Source of the DNA: Octopus vulgaris
Taxonomy: Eukaryota
Direction of reading: 5' to 3'
Assembly: GCA_951406725.2 (NCBI GenBank)
Contig: OX597822.1
Coordinates: forward strand, 71,176,001 to 71,240,000
Length of the DNA: 64,000 nucleotides
How positions within the stretch are numbered: position 1 is the first letter of the stretch; the number at the start of each line of letters is the position of its first letter. Of this stretch, positions 11,556 to 23,560 are shown in pieces. The notes beneath the pieces are model-generated. The model was not told the DNA's origin. It worked only from the letters and a program-made list of their open reading frames with translations, and did no database searches. A program made the position numbers and the translations under genes.

Positions 11556-12890
11556 ATGCAGTTTGGTTTCGTGCCAGGGAAAAGAACCACTGATGCTATA
11601 TTCCTGGTAAGGCAGCTGCAGGAGAAATACCTAGCCAAAGATAAGCCCCTGTACCTGGCTTTTGTTGACATGGAGAAAGCCTTCGACAGGGTCCCCCGAT
11701 CCCTCATATGGTGGTCAATGAGGAAACTAGGAATAGATGAATGGTTAGTGAGAGCTGTGAAAGCCATGTACAGGGACGCTGCTAGTAAGGTGAGGGTTGG
11801 AAATGAGTACAGTGAAGAATTCCGGGTAGAGGTAGGGGTCCACCAAGGCTCAGTCCTCAGCCCCCTCCTATTTATCATAGTCCTCCAGGCAATAACGGAG
11901 GAATTCAAGACAGGATGCCCCTGGGAGCTCCTCTATGCTGATGACCTTGCTCTAATTGCTGAGTCATTATCAGAACTGGAGAAGAAGTTTCAGGTGTGGA
12001 AGCATGGTTTAGAATCGAAGGGCCTTAGAGTCAACCTAGCTAAAACCAAAGTCCTAATAAGTAGGAAGGTAGACAAATCACAAACGCCTTCAGGTAGATG
12101 GCCCTGCTCGATCTGTAGAAAAGATGTAGGTAGAAACTCTATAAGATGCACCAAGTGTAAGCTATGGACACATAAGAGGTGCAGCAATGTCATAGGAAGG
12201 CTAACTAGGAAGATGGTTTTTGTATGTGGCAGATGCTCGGGAGCATTAACCTCTGAAAATCTGCAGAAAACAACTTCCGTCACTTTCCAGGGGGAAAAAC
12301 TAGAAGTAGTTGATAGCTTCCGTTATCTTGGTGACCAAGTCAGTAGTGGGGGTGGGTGTGCTGAAAGTGTAACGGCTAGAGTAAGAATAGCCTGGGCAAA
12401 GTTTAGGGAGCTCTTACCTCTGTTGGTGACTAAAGGCCTCTCGCTCAGAGTAAAAGGCAGACTGTATGATGCATGTGTACGAACAGCCATGCTACATGGC
12501 AGTGAAACATGGGCCGTGACTGCTGAGGACATGCGTAATCTCGCGAGAAATGAAGCCAGTATGCTCCGTTGGATGTGTAATGTCATTGTTCATAGTCGAC
12601 AGAGTGTAAGTACCTTGAGAGAAAAGTTGGACCTAAGAGGAATCAGATGTTGTGTGCAAGAGAGACGATTGCGCTGGTATGGTCATGTGGTGAGAATGGA
12701 TGAAGATAGGTGTGTGAAAAAGTGCCACACCCTGGCAGTTGAGGGGACCTGTGGAAGAGGTAGACCCAGGAAAACCTGGGTCGAGGTGGTGAAGCACGAC
12801 CTTCGAACTCTAGGTCTCACCAAGGAAATGACCAGAGACCGAGACCTATGGAAGTATGCTGTGCGTGAGAAGACCCGGCAAGACCAGTGA
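11556..12890 (+). CDS. RTE LINE reverse transcriptase (C-terminal part of the ORF) with embedded C4HC3 finger
   Basis: QFGFVPG, FVDMEKAFDRV, GVHQGSVLSPLLF, LLYADDLAL, FRYLG and RRLRWYGHV...GRGRPRKTW in an uninterrupted 444-aa frame. The true start lies upstream and is lost. Confidence 0.9.
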   Translation: MQFGFVPGKRTTDAIFLVRQLQEKYLAKDKPLYLAFVDMEKAFDRVPRSLIWWSMRKLGIDEWLVRAVKAMYRDAASKVRVGNEYSEEFRVEVGVHQGSVLSPLLFIIVLQAITEEFKTGCPWELLYADDLALIAESLSELEKKFQVWKHGLESKGLRVNLAKTKVLISRKVDKSQTPSGRWPCSICRKDVGRNSIRCTKCKLWTHKRCSNVIGRLTRKMVFVCGRCSGALTSENLQKTTSVTFQGEKLEVVDSFRYLGDQVSSGGGCAESVTARVRIAWAKFRELLPLLVTKGLSLRVKGRLYDACVRTAMLHGSETWAVTAEDMRNLARNEASMLRWMCNVIVHSRQSVSTLREKLDLRGIRCCVQERRLRWYGHVVRMDEDRCVKKCHTLAVEGTCGRGRPRKTWVEVVKHDLRTLGLTKEMTRDRDLWKYAVREKTRQDQ

Positions 12891-12934
12891 GAACAATCAA
12901 AATCAAATCATATATCAGAAAGCAGGGGTTAAGT

Positions 12935-13470
12935 GACCCATCCGTTCGTGTCCGCTGTCAGCCTCGTCTGGCACCCGTGCCGATGATACGTAAGAGCACC
13001 ATTCGCTCGTGGCCGTTTGCCAGCTCTGTCTGGCCCCGTGTTGGAAGCACGTAAAAGCACCATCCGTTCGTGTTCGTTGCCAGCCTCGCCTGGCCCCGTG
13101 CCGGTGACACGTAAAAGCACCATCCGTTCGTGGCCGTTTGCCAGCTCTGTCTGGCCCCGTGTCGGTGGCACATAAAAGCACCATCCGTTCACGTCCGTTG
13201 CCAGCCTCGGCTGGCCCCTGTGCCGGTGACACGTAAAAGCACCGTCCGTTCGTGGCCGTTTGCCAGCTCTGTCTGGCCCCGTGTAAGCACCGTCCGTTCG
13301 TGGCCGTTTGCCAGCTCTGTCTGGCCCCGTGTCGGTGGCACGTAAAAGCACCATCCGTTCGTGTCCGTTGCCAGCATCGCCTGGCCCCGTGCCGGTGACA
13401 CGTAAAAGCACCATCCGTTCGTGGCCGTTCGCCAGCTCTGTCTGGCACCTGTGCAGGTGGCACGTAAAAA
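12935..13470 (+). repeat. ~59-bp tandem repeat array in the RTE 3' UTR
   Basis: About 9 units of gcaccatccgttcgtg(g/t)ccgtt(t)gccagc...ctggccccgtgccggtg(g/a)cacgtaaaa, in alternating variants. Confidence 0.9.
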
Positions 13471-13896
13471 ACACCCACTACACTCGCGGAGTGGTTGGCG
13501 TTAGGAAGGGCATCCAGCCGTAGAAACACTGCCAGATCTGACTGGGCCTGACGAATCCTTCCAGCTTCACAGACCCCAGTTGACCCGTCCAACCCATGCT
13601 AGCATGGAAAGCGGACGCTAAACGATGGTGATGATGATGATGATGTCTTTGTTACTCATTTATATAATTATATATTTATATACAGGGTAGCCCAAAAGTA
13701 GGTTTACAGTTATCACGTAGGCACTTTAAATTTCTTTTAAAACATTTTATTACAATTAAATTTCTATCTTAATAATTAATAAAATTTAGTAGGATATTGT
13801 TATATATACTGGCTCATGTTATGTTCATTTTTGAATGTTGCAGGGGCATTCAAATGAAACAACACACATGGTGTAATTTGAGGAATATTTCATAAG

Positions 13897-14260
13897 GTGC
13901 AGGAGTTGCTGTGTGGTAAGTAGCTTGCTTACCAACCATATGGTTTCGGGTTCAGTCCCACTGCATGGCATCTTGGGCAAGTGTCTTCTACTATAGCCTC
14001 GGGCCGACCAAAGCCTTGTAGGTGGATTTGGTAGACAGAAACTGAAAGAAGCCCATCATATGTATATATATGTGTGTGTGTGTGTTTGTCCCCTTCCTGC
14101 CAACCGATGGTGGTGTGTTTATGTCCCTGTAACGTAGCGTTTCGGCAAAAGAGACTGACAGAATAAGTACCAGGCTTACAAAGTCCTGCAGTTGATTTGC
14201 TCAACAAAAGGTGGTGCTCCAGCATGGCCACAGTCAAACGACTGAAGCAAATGAAAGAAA
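13897..14260 (+). mobile_element. SINE family A
   Basis: Matches family consensus head to tail. Confidence 0.8.
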
Positions 14261-14584
14261 GATGTTTTGCGTTAAGTCTGACTGAGAAGCTTCAAGTATG
14301 ATTATCATACAGAAAACAAAATCAATCGACCCCAGAATATACGTAGTCTTTACTTCTGTAATTCATACAAGGTGAGCCTTTTTCTGTTATGTTTGTTGTA
14401 TTCCCTGTGTGTATTTTATTAGGGAGTAATTTGAGGTTGTAGAGTGACAGCCCTGTTTATAGCAAGTGATATTTTAATACCCTACTGAATTTTATTTGTA
14501 TAACGGTATAAATTTGCTAGCCACTTTATTATTATTATTAATAATGGTAATGATGCCTATTAAATTTTATGTATATATGTATCT

Positions 14585-15895
14585 TTTTCTTGTTTCAGTC
14601 ATTTGACTGCAGCCATGCTGGAGCACCGCCTTTAGTCAAGCAAATCGAACCCAGGACTTATTTTTTGTAAGCCTAGTACTTATTCTATCAGTCTCTTTTG
14701 CTGAACCGCTAAGTTATGGGGACGTAAACACACCAGCATCGGTTGTCAAGCGATGTTGGGGGAGACATATATATATAAAAATAATATATAAATATATGCA
14801 TATATACATACCTACATATATATTTATATATATATATATGCATATATGGGTACGGGACATCAAAAAAATGTTGAACACAATGAGAACTGAAAACCTAAAA
14901 GCAAAAACATAGAAAACAAACTTTTTTTTTGAACAACGAAAAAAATAAACAGAGAAACAAGAAATGCAACATAAAGAATATCCTCCTTCATCAGTTGTCC
15001 CTGTTTCATCTACTCCGTTTTTGAAGGCAAGGACAATACATGACTTTGTTGAAACAGTCCTACCTGCAAAGCAAATTAAATAAAATTTGGGATTTTTGCG
15101 GAGGGTGAAAGTGGTAACAAGAACAGGACAGTGAGAACAAGACAGTAAAAACAAACGGTGAGGACTGTTGGGCCAAGGCGATAGAAAAATTATTATGAAT
15201 GCTAAGAAGACAAGCTATGAGAGGAGCCAGGTATAAGCACGTGTTATCTGAAGGAAGGAAATGGACAGAAAGATAGATTCCCTTTCGTCACGTGTCAGCG
15301 ACGAGAGTCAAGGAGGAGGAGTGAGAGAGAGGGAATGGTGAAGATGAGAGGAGAAGAATAGGGAAGGGTGGGAGAGAAAACCAGAAAGGATGAAAAACAA
15401 GAGAGGGAGAGAGATAGACAGAGAAGAGACAGTAGAGATAGAAGAGTGTGCATCATAATTATTAAGATAAAACTTACTTGGAAAAGGATGCATCGCATTC
15501 GATCATATAATACGATAAATAATAACATAAATAATATATAAATATATGCATATATACATACATATATGTACATACCTACATATATATATGTATATATACA
15601 TGCATATATGGGTACAGGACATCAAAAAATGTTGAACATAATGAGAAATGAAAACATAAAAAGAAAAACATAGAAAACGAACATTTTTTCGAACAACGAA
15701 AAAAACATATATATATATATGTATACACATGATGGGCTTCTTTCAGTTTATGATTGCCAAAATCAGATCCACTCACAAGGCTTTGACCAGCCTGAGGCTA
15801 TACAAGAAGGTACTTGCCCAAGGTGCTATACAGTGGAACTGAACTGGGAACCACACTGTTGAAAAGCAATCTTCTTACCACACAGCCACATCTGC
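14585..15895 (-). mobile_element. SINE family A interrupted by a ~900 bp insert with ~160 bp direct terminal repeats (14790-14945 and 15540-15705)
   Basis: SINE tail at 14585-14765 and head at ~15730-15895. The block gcatatatgggtac(g/a)ggacatcaaaaaatgttgaaca...gaacaacgaaaaaa occurs twice. Confidence 0.7.
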
Positions 15896-15980
15896 ATCTC
15901 TTTCTTTATCTATCTATCTTTTACTTGTTTCAGTGATTAGGCTGTGGCCATGCTGGGACACCACCTTGAAGGGTTTAGAT

Positions 15981-16237
15981 CAGTGGTTTCCAAACTTTTG
16001 GGGGCTGCCGCTCCCTTCACATCCAGGTCACATTCTTAGCGTCTTCACCCTAGCTAACCATCGCAAAACAAATTCAAAGTAACTGTATTTCACAAATAAA
16101 ACTTAACCCAATGTTTTTGTTTTTTTTTACATGAATCGCTACCCCATTATCACCCCACTTTTCTTCAACACCCACCGAGGAACTTTCCACCACGCCTAGC
16201 GAGGAGGAGGACAATACAGCCCACTTTGGAACCACTG
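15981..16237. mobile_element. hAT (Charlie-like) MITE
   Basis: TIRs cagtggtttccaaac / ctttggaaccactg and a perfect 8-bp TSD gtttagat (15973-15980 and 16238-16245). Confidence 0.9.
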
Positions 16238-17539
16238 GTTTAGATGAACAAACTAACCGGAGTACATTGTTTTAAATCTCTGGTACTGATTCTAACAGAT
16301 TTTTTTCTTTGCCAGGAAATAGAAAGTGAAGAAGCCATAAATTTATCAAAATCCATTTTGGTGAAGGCTTTTAGAATTATTTGTATTGGTATGGCTTAAA
16401 CGGTTATATTGTAAAGTGAGAGAGGGCTGGGGAGAGGGTGGAAAGTGTGGCAGTGTATTTCTTGCATTCGTTTTAGACGGTCTTCTGCTCCTGCACTCTA
16501 TTGCTGATGGAAATCATCATCATCATCATCATTGTTATCATCATCATCATCGTTATCATCATCATCATAATAGCTATTGTCATAGCTGTTATCAGCGGGA
16601 TCATCATCATCACCATCATCATCGCTGTCATCTTCATCATCATCACCATTGTCATCGCTCTCATCAGCAGGATCATCATCACCATCATCATATAACATCT
16701 ATTTTTCCATACTGTCATGGTTCCACTTGATCTGGTAAGCCGCAAGGCTGTGTCAAGCTCCAAGGTCAGCTTTGGCAGGGTTTATACAACAGGTTTCTAC
16801 AGTTGGATGCCCTTCCTAATACTAACCACTTTATAGCATTAACTTGGAACTTTTCTCATGCCACCAGGACTAGTGAGGTCACCAAGTAACTTGCAAAACA
16901 AGTAAAAACCCCTTCAACTAAAGGGGTGGGGTGGTTTATGGCTAGTTTTGAGAGAAGGACAAACACAATGTCTTGCTCTTTGAGAAGATACATGGCTACC
17001 CTGCTTTGTATGACATTAAAAGGGAGTGGCTGGGCAGAAGATAAAGATAATAACGATGGGAGTAGCTGGGCAGAAGATAAAGATGATATTGATCAGATCA
17101 AGTCAAACCATCTAATCCATGACAACATGGAAAAATAGATGTTATATGATGATAATAATCCTACTGATGACAGCGATGACAATGGTGATTGTGATAATGA
17201 TGATGATGACAATGATGTATGTGTGTGTATATATTTGTGTGTATATATTTGTGTGTCTGTGTTTGTCCTCCCAACATCACTTGACAACCGATACTGCAGT
17301 GTTAACATCCCCGTAACTTAGCGGTTCAGCAAGAGACTGATAGAATAAGTACTAGGCTTATAAAGAATAAGTCTTGGGGTCGATTTGCTCGACTAAAGGC
17401 AGTGCTCCAGCATGGCCACAGTCAACTGACTGAAACAAGTAAAAGAGTATATATATGTATATATATATGTATATATATATATAGAGAGAGAGATATATAT
17501 ATATATATGTGTATATATATGTGTGTATATATATGCATG

Positions 17540-17570
<31 letters not shown>

Positions 17571-17839
17571 GTATATGTCTGTTTGTTCCCTGTCCCTCGC
17601 CATCGCTTGACAACCAATGTTAGTGTGTTTATGTCCATGTAACTTAGCAGTTCATCAATAGAAGCTGATAAAATATGTACTAGGCATACAAACAATAAAC
17701 ACTGCAGGTCAATTTGTTCGACTAAAATCAACCCTTCAAAGCAGTGCTCCAACATGGCCACAGTCAAATGACTGAAACAAACTAGAAGAATAATAGAATA
17801 ACAGAATATGAAATTCTGTTGTCTATTCTTTCTCTGTGA

Positions 17840-18200
17840 TATTGAATGCATTCAAATCTGAACAATCTTTTTTGACACTCTTGAAAAGCCAACATTTAAT
17901 TTACCATGAGAGAATACCGACTTCAGTAAATACAACACAATTCTTTTCAAATGTTTGCTTTTCTGATTTATTTATTGTCATTATTATTGCTAATTTAATT
18001 GGAACCTGTTTTCTTATTAGTTTAAATGAAAATTCATCGCCTCTAGTAGAAAGGGTGATTGTTGGAACAAACACAATATTTCTGTGATGAGGAAATTTTT
18101 GCTTTAATGACTTATGTTACAATTTATTGACTTACAAAATGTGTTACCATTACACACTTCGTTTGCTTGGTAAATAGTACATTTTGGAATTACTGCTTTG
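17840..18200 (-). pseudogene. Helitron Pif1-type helicase fragment
   Basis: Minus translation NIVFVPTITLS...FKLIRKQVPIKLAIIMTINKSEKQTFEK...VFSHGKLNVGFSRV matches the Helitron helicase motifs (RRQFP...AMTINKSQGQT, FSHGQLYVA.SR). Confidence 0.8.
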
Positions 18201-18354
18201 TTACTTTTGATTTGTAGATTTATCATGGTTTTCCATCTTTGGAAAACTGGTTCGGTATCTCCTTGATTAAATCAACGTTGACATGTTTTGGAACTAAAAC
18301 CTGTATGACACCTGTTAAAATCTGAAAAAAGAAATCTTCACGTTTTTATTTTTT

Positions 18355-18892
18355 TACATTTGTTTCAGTCATTTGACTGCAGCCATGCTGGAGCACCACC
18401 TTTAGTCGAACAAATTGACCCCAGGACTTATTCTTTGTAAGCCTAGTACTTATTCTATCGGTCTCTTTTACCAAACCGCTAAGTTACAGGGATGTAAGCA
18501 CACTAGCATTGGATGTCAAATGATGGTGGGAGGACAAATAGACACACACACGTCACTAGTCACTACACATCCCTTATTTTCTTTCCTTGTTTCTTTCTTT
18601 GGAAGAGCATAGGCTCAAAACGTTAAAGACTTTTTCACCTCCTAAGCGTTATACTAATACATCTGGTTGTTGTCTACACCTCCTGTCTTCATCTTTTGTT
18701 GTTTTTGTGAATTCTCCCTATATATATATGCGACAGGCTTCTTTCAGTTTCCATTTACCATATCCACTCACAAGGTTTTGGTTGGCCCGAGGATATAGTA
18801 GAAGACACTTGCCTGAGGTGCCACACAGTGGGACTGGACCCAGAACCCATGTGGTTGGTAAGCAAGCTACTTACCACACAGCCACTCCTGCG
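18355..18892 (-). mobile_element. SINE family A with an inserted short repeat (18560-18720)
   Basis: Family A consensus. The insert is also seen at 59905-60052 and, inverted, at 41678-41740. Confidence 0.75.
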
Positions 18893-19515
18893 CCTCTTCC
18901 TCTTCCACATTTTATATGTTTCAGCCATTGAACTGTGGCCATACTGGGGCAGTACCTACAAGGGTTGAGTGGAACAAAATCAACCGCAGTACATTTTTTA
19001 TTTTTTTTGAAGCTTGGTATTTATTCTATCACTTATTCTATTAGCTACTTTTGCTGAAATGCTAAGTTGTAGGAACATAAACAAACCAACACCAGTTGTC
19101 AAGCAGTGGTGGTGGTGGTGGAGGGGCACAAACACAAAGACATACATATGTGAATGCATGTATACATACATATATACATATATGACAGGCTTCTTTTAGT
19201 TTCCATCTACCAAATCCACTCACAAGGCTTTGATCAGCAATACATTTATCCTCATGCGCTTTGAGGACTGAAAGTACAGCAGAGCTGGAATATTTTCTGA
19301 GAATATACACTCTCAGGGCTCCTAAAGGTTACAGCCATTTGATGCAAATTATTTGGTAACTTCCGTCAAACTTCGGTAATTGTGTCTGACGTAATACCTA
19401 TGCGATTGAATCTTCTATCTAATAGTTTTGTTGTACAACTGGCATAAAGAAATTTATGTTTGGTATATTCCACTGTGTATACGAAATGGGAATCTTTACA
19501 GGTCCCACCTTCTGT

Positions 19516-19734
19516 ACAAGGGGGTGCTGATAAGTTTCTGACCTTGGATAAAAGAAAATACTGGAGGGTCAGTTAATTATGATTTTATTCAACATATCCC
19601 CCTTTCATATTCACATACATATTGATGCAGTCCTTCAGTTTTTCTAAGCCCTATAAAAGAAGCTAGAAGTTGGACCTCCAACCAGGCCTTTCATGATACC
19701 CTTAAAATCGGGAACCTTTCAGCACCCCCTTGTA
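19516..19734. mobile_element. Tc1/mariner-type MITE
   Basis: TIRs tacaaggggggtgctga / tcagcacccccttgta with TA ends. Related copies at 42321-42530, 42555-42773 and 57685-57906. Confidence 0.8.
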
Positions 19735-22654
19735 TAAATCAAAGCATTTCTGTCATAATTTGTGATGGAATTGACTTACCTCATGTTGTTGCACAACAAA
19801 CAGGGCTTTCCTCATGTTGTTGCACAACAAAACAGCTTGCATCTGTTTTTCAGTGTGCAGTATTCAAAAAGTCCAATACTAGTTTTATTGGGGGTTAGAG
19901 TTATAGTTTAATATTCTGACTCTATTGCATTTTCGGTCCTCAAAGCACATAAGAATAAATATATTAGTAAATTACTAACATTACACCCTGAAGGAATGAA
20001 CAAAATGACAAGTGAATTCCATAACATTCACATAAAGCATTTTGACTAAGTGTTCTCTTTTCTGTTTTCTTCTCTTTCTGTGAAAACTGATAACCTCATT
20101 TTGTTTAAAAAGGAACACATGATATTCCAATTCATATTCTGAATTTCCATAATTCTGCATTCTTTCTATTTTACATCCGGAACCCTGAGGATGGCAGACA
20201 ATCTGTTGAAATATTGTTCAATTCATTCAATTCAATAAACAGTGACAATTCAAGGGTACTTTTAAATGGGCTGGTTATGTGACGCTGGTATCAGCCACGC
20301 CTGTGATCTCACTTCATTTGCCTGGTCTTCTCAATCACAGCACATCTCCAAAGGTCTCGGTCTCTTGTCATTGCATATGTGAGGCCCCAAAAATAATAGT
20401 AATAATTATATTTTCAGATTTTGGCACAAGACCAGCAATGTCAATAATCCTACTCTTCAGCTGGTACATATTTTATTGACCCTCAAAAGATGAAGGGCAA
20501 AGTAACCACTGTAGAATTTGAACTCAGAATGTTAAGTGCTAAAAGAAATACTGCTAACCATTTTGTCTGATATGCTGTGAATTATATCCGCTTGCTGCCT
20601 TGAAATGTGTCCATAATAGTAAATTATTAAAACTGGCATTAATAATCTTCCACCAGATGCAACATTTGATTACAGTTAATATCTCTCAGAAATTCTTCAA
20701 CAAAAAATTATTAAGATATGCTTAAGCTTCAGATTTGCAGTTTTTATAAGATCTCTTAATGTTATATCCACTGTATTTGGAAAGAAATGATAAAACATGG
20801 ATAGCACATCCTAACTCACCATCTTGAATATCATAAAATGCTTTTTATTCTGTGTTGTGATATTTTATACAGAACCATTAGCTGGATTGAATGAAGACTT
20901 AATACAGAATAAGCTCTTCACAGAATGTAATAAAATATGTACCCCATTTGCCATCATCTCTATCATTATCATTCACTTTATTCTACTCTCTAACTCATTC
21001 TCCTTTCTTTTCCAACTGGGGTATCCACACTTCAGCGAGATACTCATCTCTCTCCCTCCATATCTTTAATCTCTCAACTGGCATGAATTCACATGCTCCT
21101 AATACTCCTTCCTCCTCTCAGTTGAGGGTTTATTGTCTTGCAAGGTACTTGGTGACCCTGTTGGTACTGGTGCCATGTAAAAAGTATTGGTGCTGGTGTC
21201 ACATACAGACACTAGTGGCCCTTTCTTTTGCTGCCCTCCAGACACCACAAAAAAAAACATATTGCCCACAGCAGACCCAAAAGGATCACCCCTTTAAAAG
21301 TGCTGCTTGGGGGTGGGGAACCACCCCTACAGACCCCCTAACCTTAGCTATGCTAGTGCATAAAGAACACCCAGTACACCTTGTAAAATGGTTGGCAGTA
21401 TTAGGAAGGGCGTCTAGCTGAAGAAACCATGCCAAAACAGACAATAAAACCTGGTGTAGCTCCTGGACATGCCAGCTACTGTCGAATCTTCCAACACATG
21501 CCAGCATGGAAAGCGGAAGTAAAGTGATGATGATGCTGATGACAACGACCACAGAAAAGGCATTAGCTATTACACTGTTTCTATCTTTACTAACAAAGAT
21601 GATAGAATAACCCTATGTAGAAATATTTTCTCAGGTTTTCCAGGTCCAGCAATGTATAAAGACTTGGGTATTTGTAACACATCACTATTAATACAACGTT
21701 TGCTAAAATGAATTGCATGTTTTAATTCTTGGTAGCTGCATGTTGGCCCATATTAAATTTGTCTATGTTGTTTTTAAAAATTATTTGCTCATTCTCTTTA
21801 AATCTTTGAAGTTCTTGAAGAATTAATCAATTATCTGTTCCATGTTAGGTGTTGTCATGGGTGAATAATTATTCTAAGTTGATCCATTTTCTCATAAAAT
21901 AAAACCAAGTTTTTGCATATCATTTTGCTATATGGAATCAATAATCTCAGTAACTGCTCATAAATTCACTCCATCCTCTAAAAAAAAAATTTTTTTTTTT
22001 TGAATGCTCCAACTGGTTTCTCAGGTTCTGCAAGATTACCAAAGAGAGCAAGCAAACAGAAAAGTCTTCATGGCTGATATGGTAAATATAAGTAAATATT
22101 AGATTTGAATATCTAATGAATATTACAAACTAAAATTAAAACAAAATATATAAACCTCTTGCTAAAATATTTCACTTTTTAAGTCCAACTCACTCATAAG
22201 TGCTATTTCCACATGTTGTATATTTCTATTAGTATAGCGGTATTGATTTCTTATAATTAAATAAAAGATGGTTCATTTTGATTTTACCTTTCTTTTTATT
22301 TTTTTAGTTACTATAGATTTTGATTCATAGAAATAAATAATCAAAAAGGAAAATGCTGGCAATATTTAGATGATTATTTGCAATATGCTGTTATTCCATG
22401 CACTCAACAATTACCTATGTGGTTAATTTGAGAAAATAACATTTGTAAATGAAGGAAAGAAATCCTTGAGAGTGATCAAGTACTTAAAAAACAAAGCAAT
22501 CAGATAATGTCAATAAGATTTATATATATATTTTGTGTTAATCAGCAAAAGTTACAGACTGACTCAAGGACTAAAAGTGTATAAAACTCTCAGTCTTTAG
22601 GCAATCTATAACTTCTGGCAGTTAACAACATCAACAACAACAATAATAATAAAG

Positions 22655-23490
22655 TTAAAAACCAGAAAAAAGAACAGAAATTATCTAACTGGCAGGAGAA
22701 CATGTTGCAAAGTAGATTTCCAAAGATAGTTGCAGCAAATAGTAGTAGTGAGACATGGTTATGGTTGCAGAAAAGGGAGACTGAAAGTTTGTTAGTAGCA
22801 GCACAAGATAAAGCATTAAGGATTAATTTGATGCAAGCCATGATAGACAAAAACCAAGTGGATTCCCAATGTAAGATATGCAAATCAAAAGAAGAAAATG
22901 TTATTCATTTGGTAAGTGAATGTAGCATGCTGGCACAGAAAGAATACAAGAAAAGACATGACAACCTAGGGAGAGTAATCCACTGGGAGCTATGTAGAAA
23001 GCTAGGATTTGAATATGCTGATAAATGATATGAACATGAACCTAGTAAAGTACTAGAAAGTAAGAAATATAAGATGTTGTGAGACTATAACATTCAGACT
23101 AACAGAGTAATAGAAGCTAGAAGTCCTGATTTAGTAGTGGTAGATAAAGAGACTAGAAAGTGCTAGATAATTGACCTTACAGTCCCAAATGAAGAAAAAA
23201 ATCAATATGAGACGTATAGAAAAAATAGCAAAATACCAGAACCTAGCCACTGAATTACAGAGAGTATGGAAAGTGTGGGTAAAATGTATCCCAGTAGTTA
23301 TAGGTGTATTGGGAACTATCCCTAAAGATCTGAACAGACAGGTAGGGAAAACAGGCATAAAACCCAGTTTAGTAGAGCTCCAGGAAAGTGTTATTAGGGG
23401 TGTTAGGATACTTAGGAAGGTGCTTGGCATCATGTAGCCTGATGTTAGGATTTTTTCTTTTCCAACAGTCTAATCTGTTGTGTGTATATA
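22655..23490 (+). mobile_element. R4/Dong-like non-LTR retrotransposon 3' fragment (CCHC finger plus restriction-like endonuclease)
   Basis: ETESLLVAAQD, CKIC..E...HLVSEC..LAQKEYKKRHD, PDLVVVD and EKIAKYQNLA...PVVIGVLG. Flanked by (TAA)n. Confidence 0.85.
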
Positions 23491-23547
<57 letters not shown>

Positions 23548-23560
23548 TATTATTATTATT

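Larger units (their letters stand above)
11520..13645 (+). mobile_element. RTE-clade LINE, 5'-truncated, with 3' UTR and (GAT)n tail
   Basis: RT ORF, tandem-repeat 3' UTR, terminal hairpin ccatgctagcatgg and gatgatgat tail. Confidence 0.92.

Noticed and set aside
12935-13470. CRISPR array or HDV-like ribozyme array
   Set aside because: Units are contiguous with no unique spacers in a eukaryotic LINE UTR. The motif ccagcctcgcctgg resembles HDV P3/L3, but I could not build P1, P2 and J4/2 with correct spacing.
14980-15030. Minus-strand CTGATGA and GAAAC as a permuted hammerhead
   Set aside because: Order and pairing do not give a convincing fold in this copy.
19780-19835. Tandem cctcatgttgttgcacaacaaa duplication with a small hairpin
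   Set aside because: Only two copies; ordinary slippage duplication.
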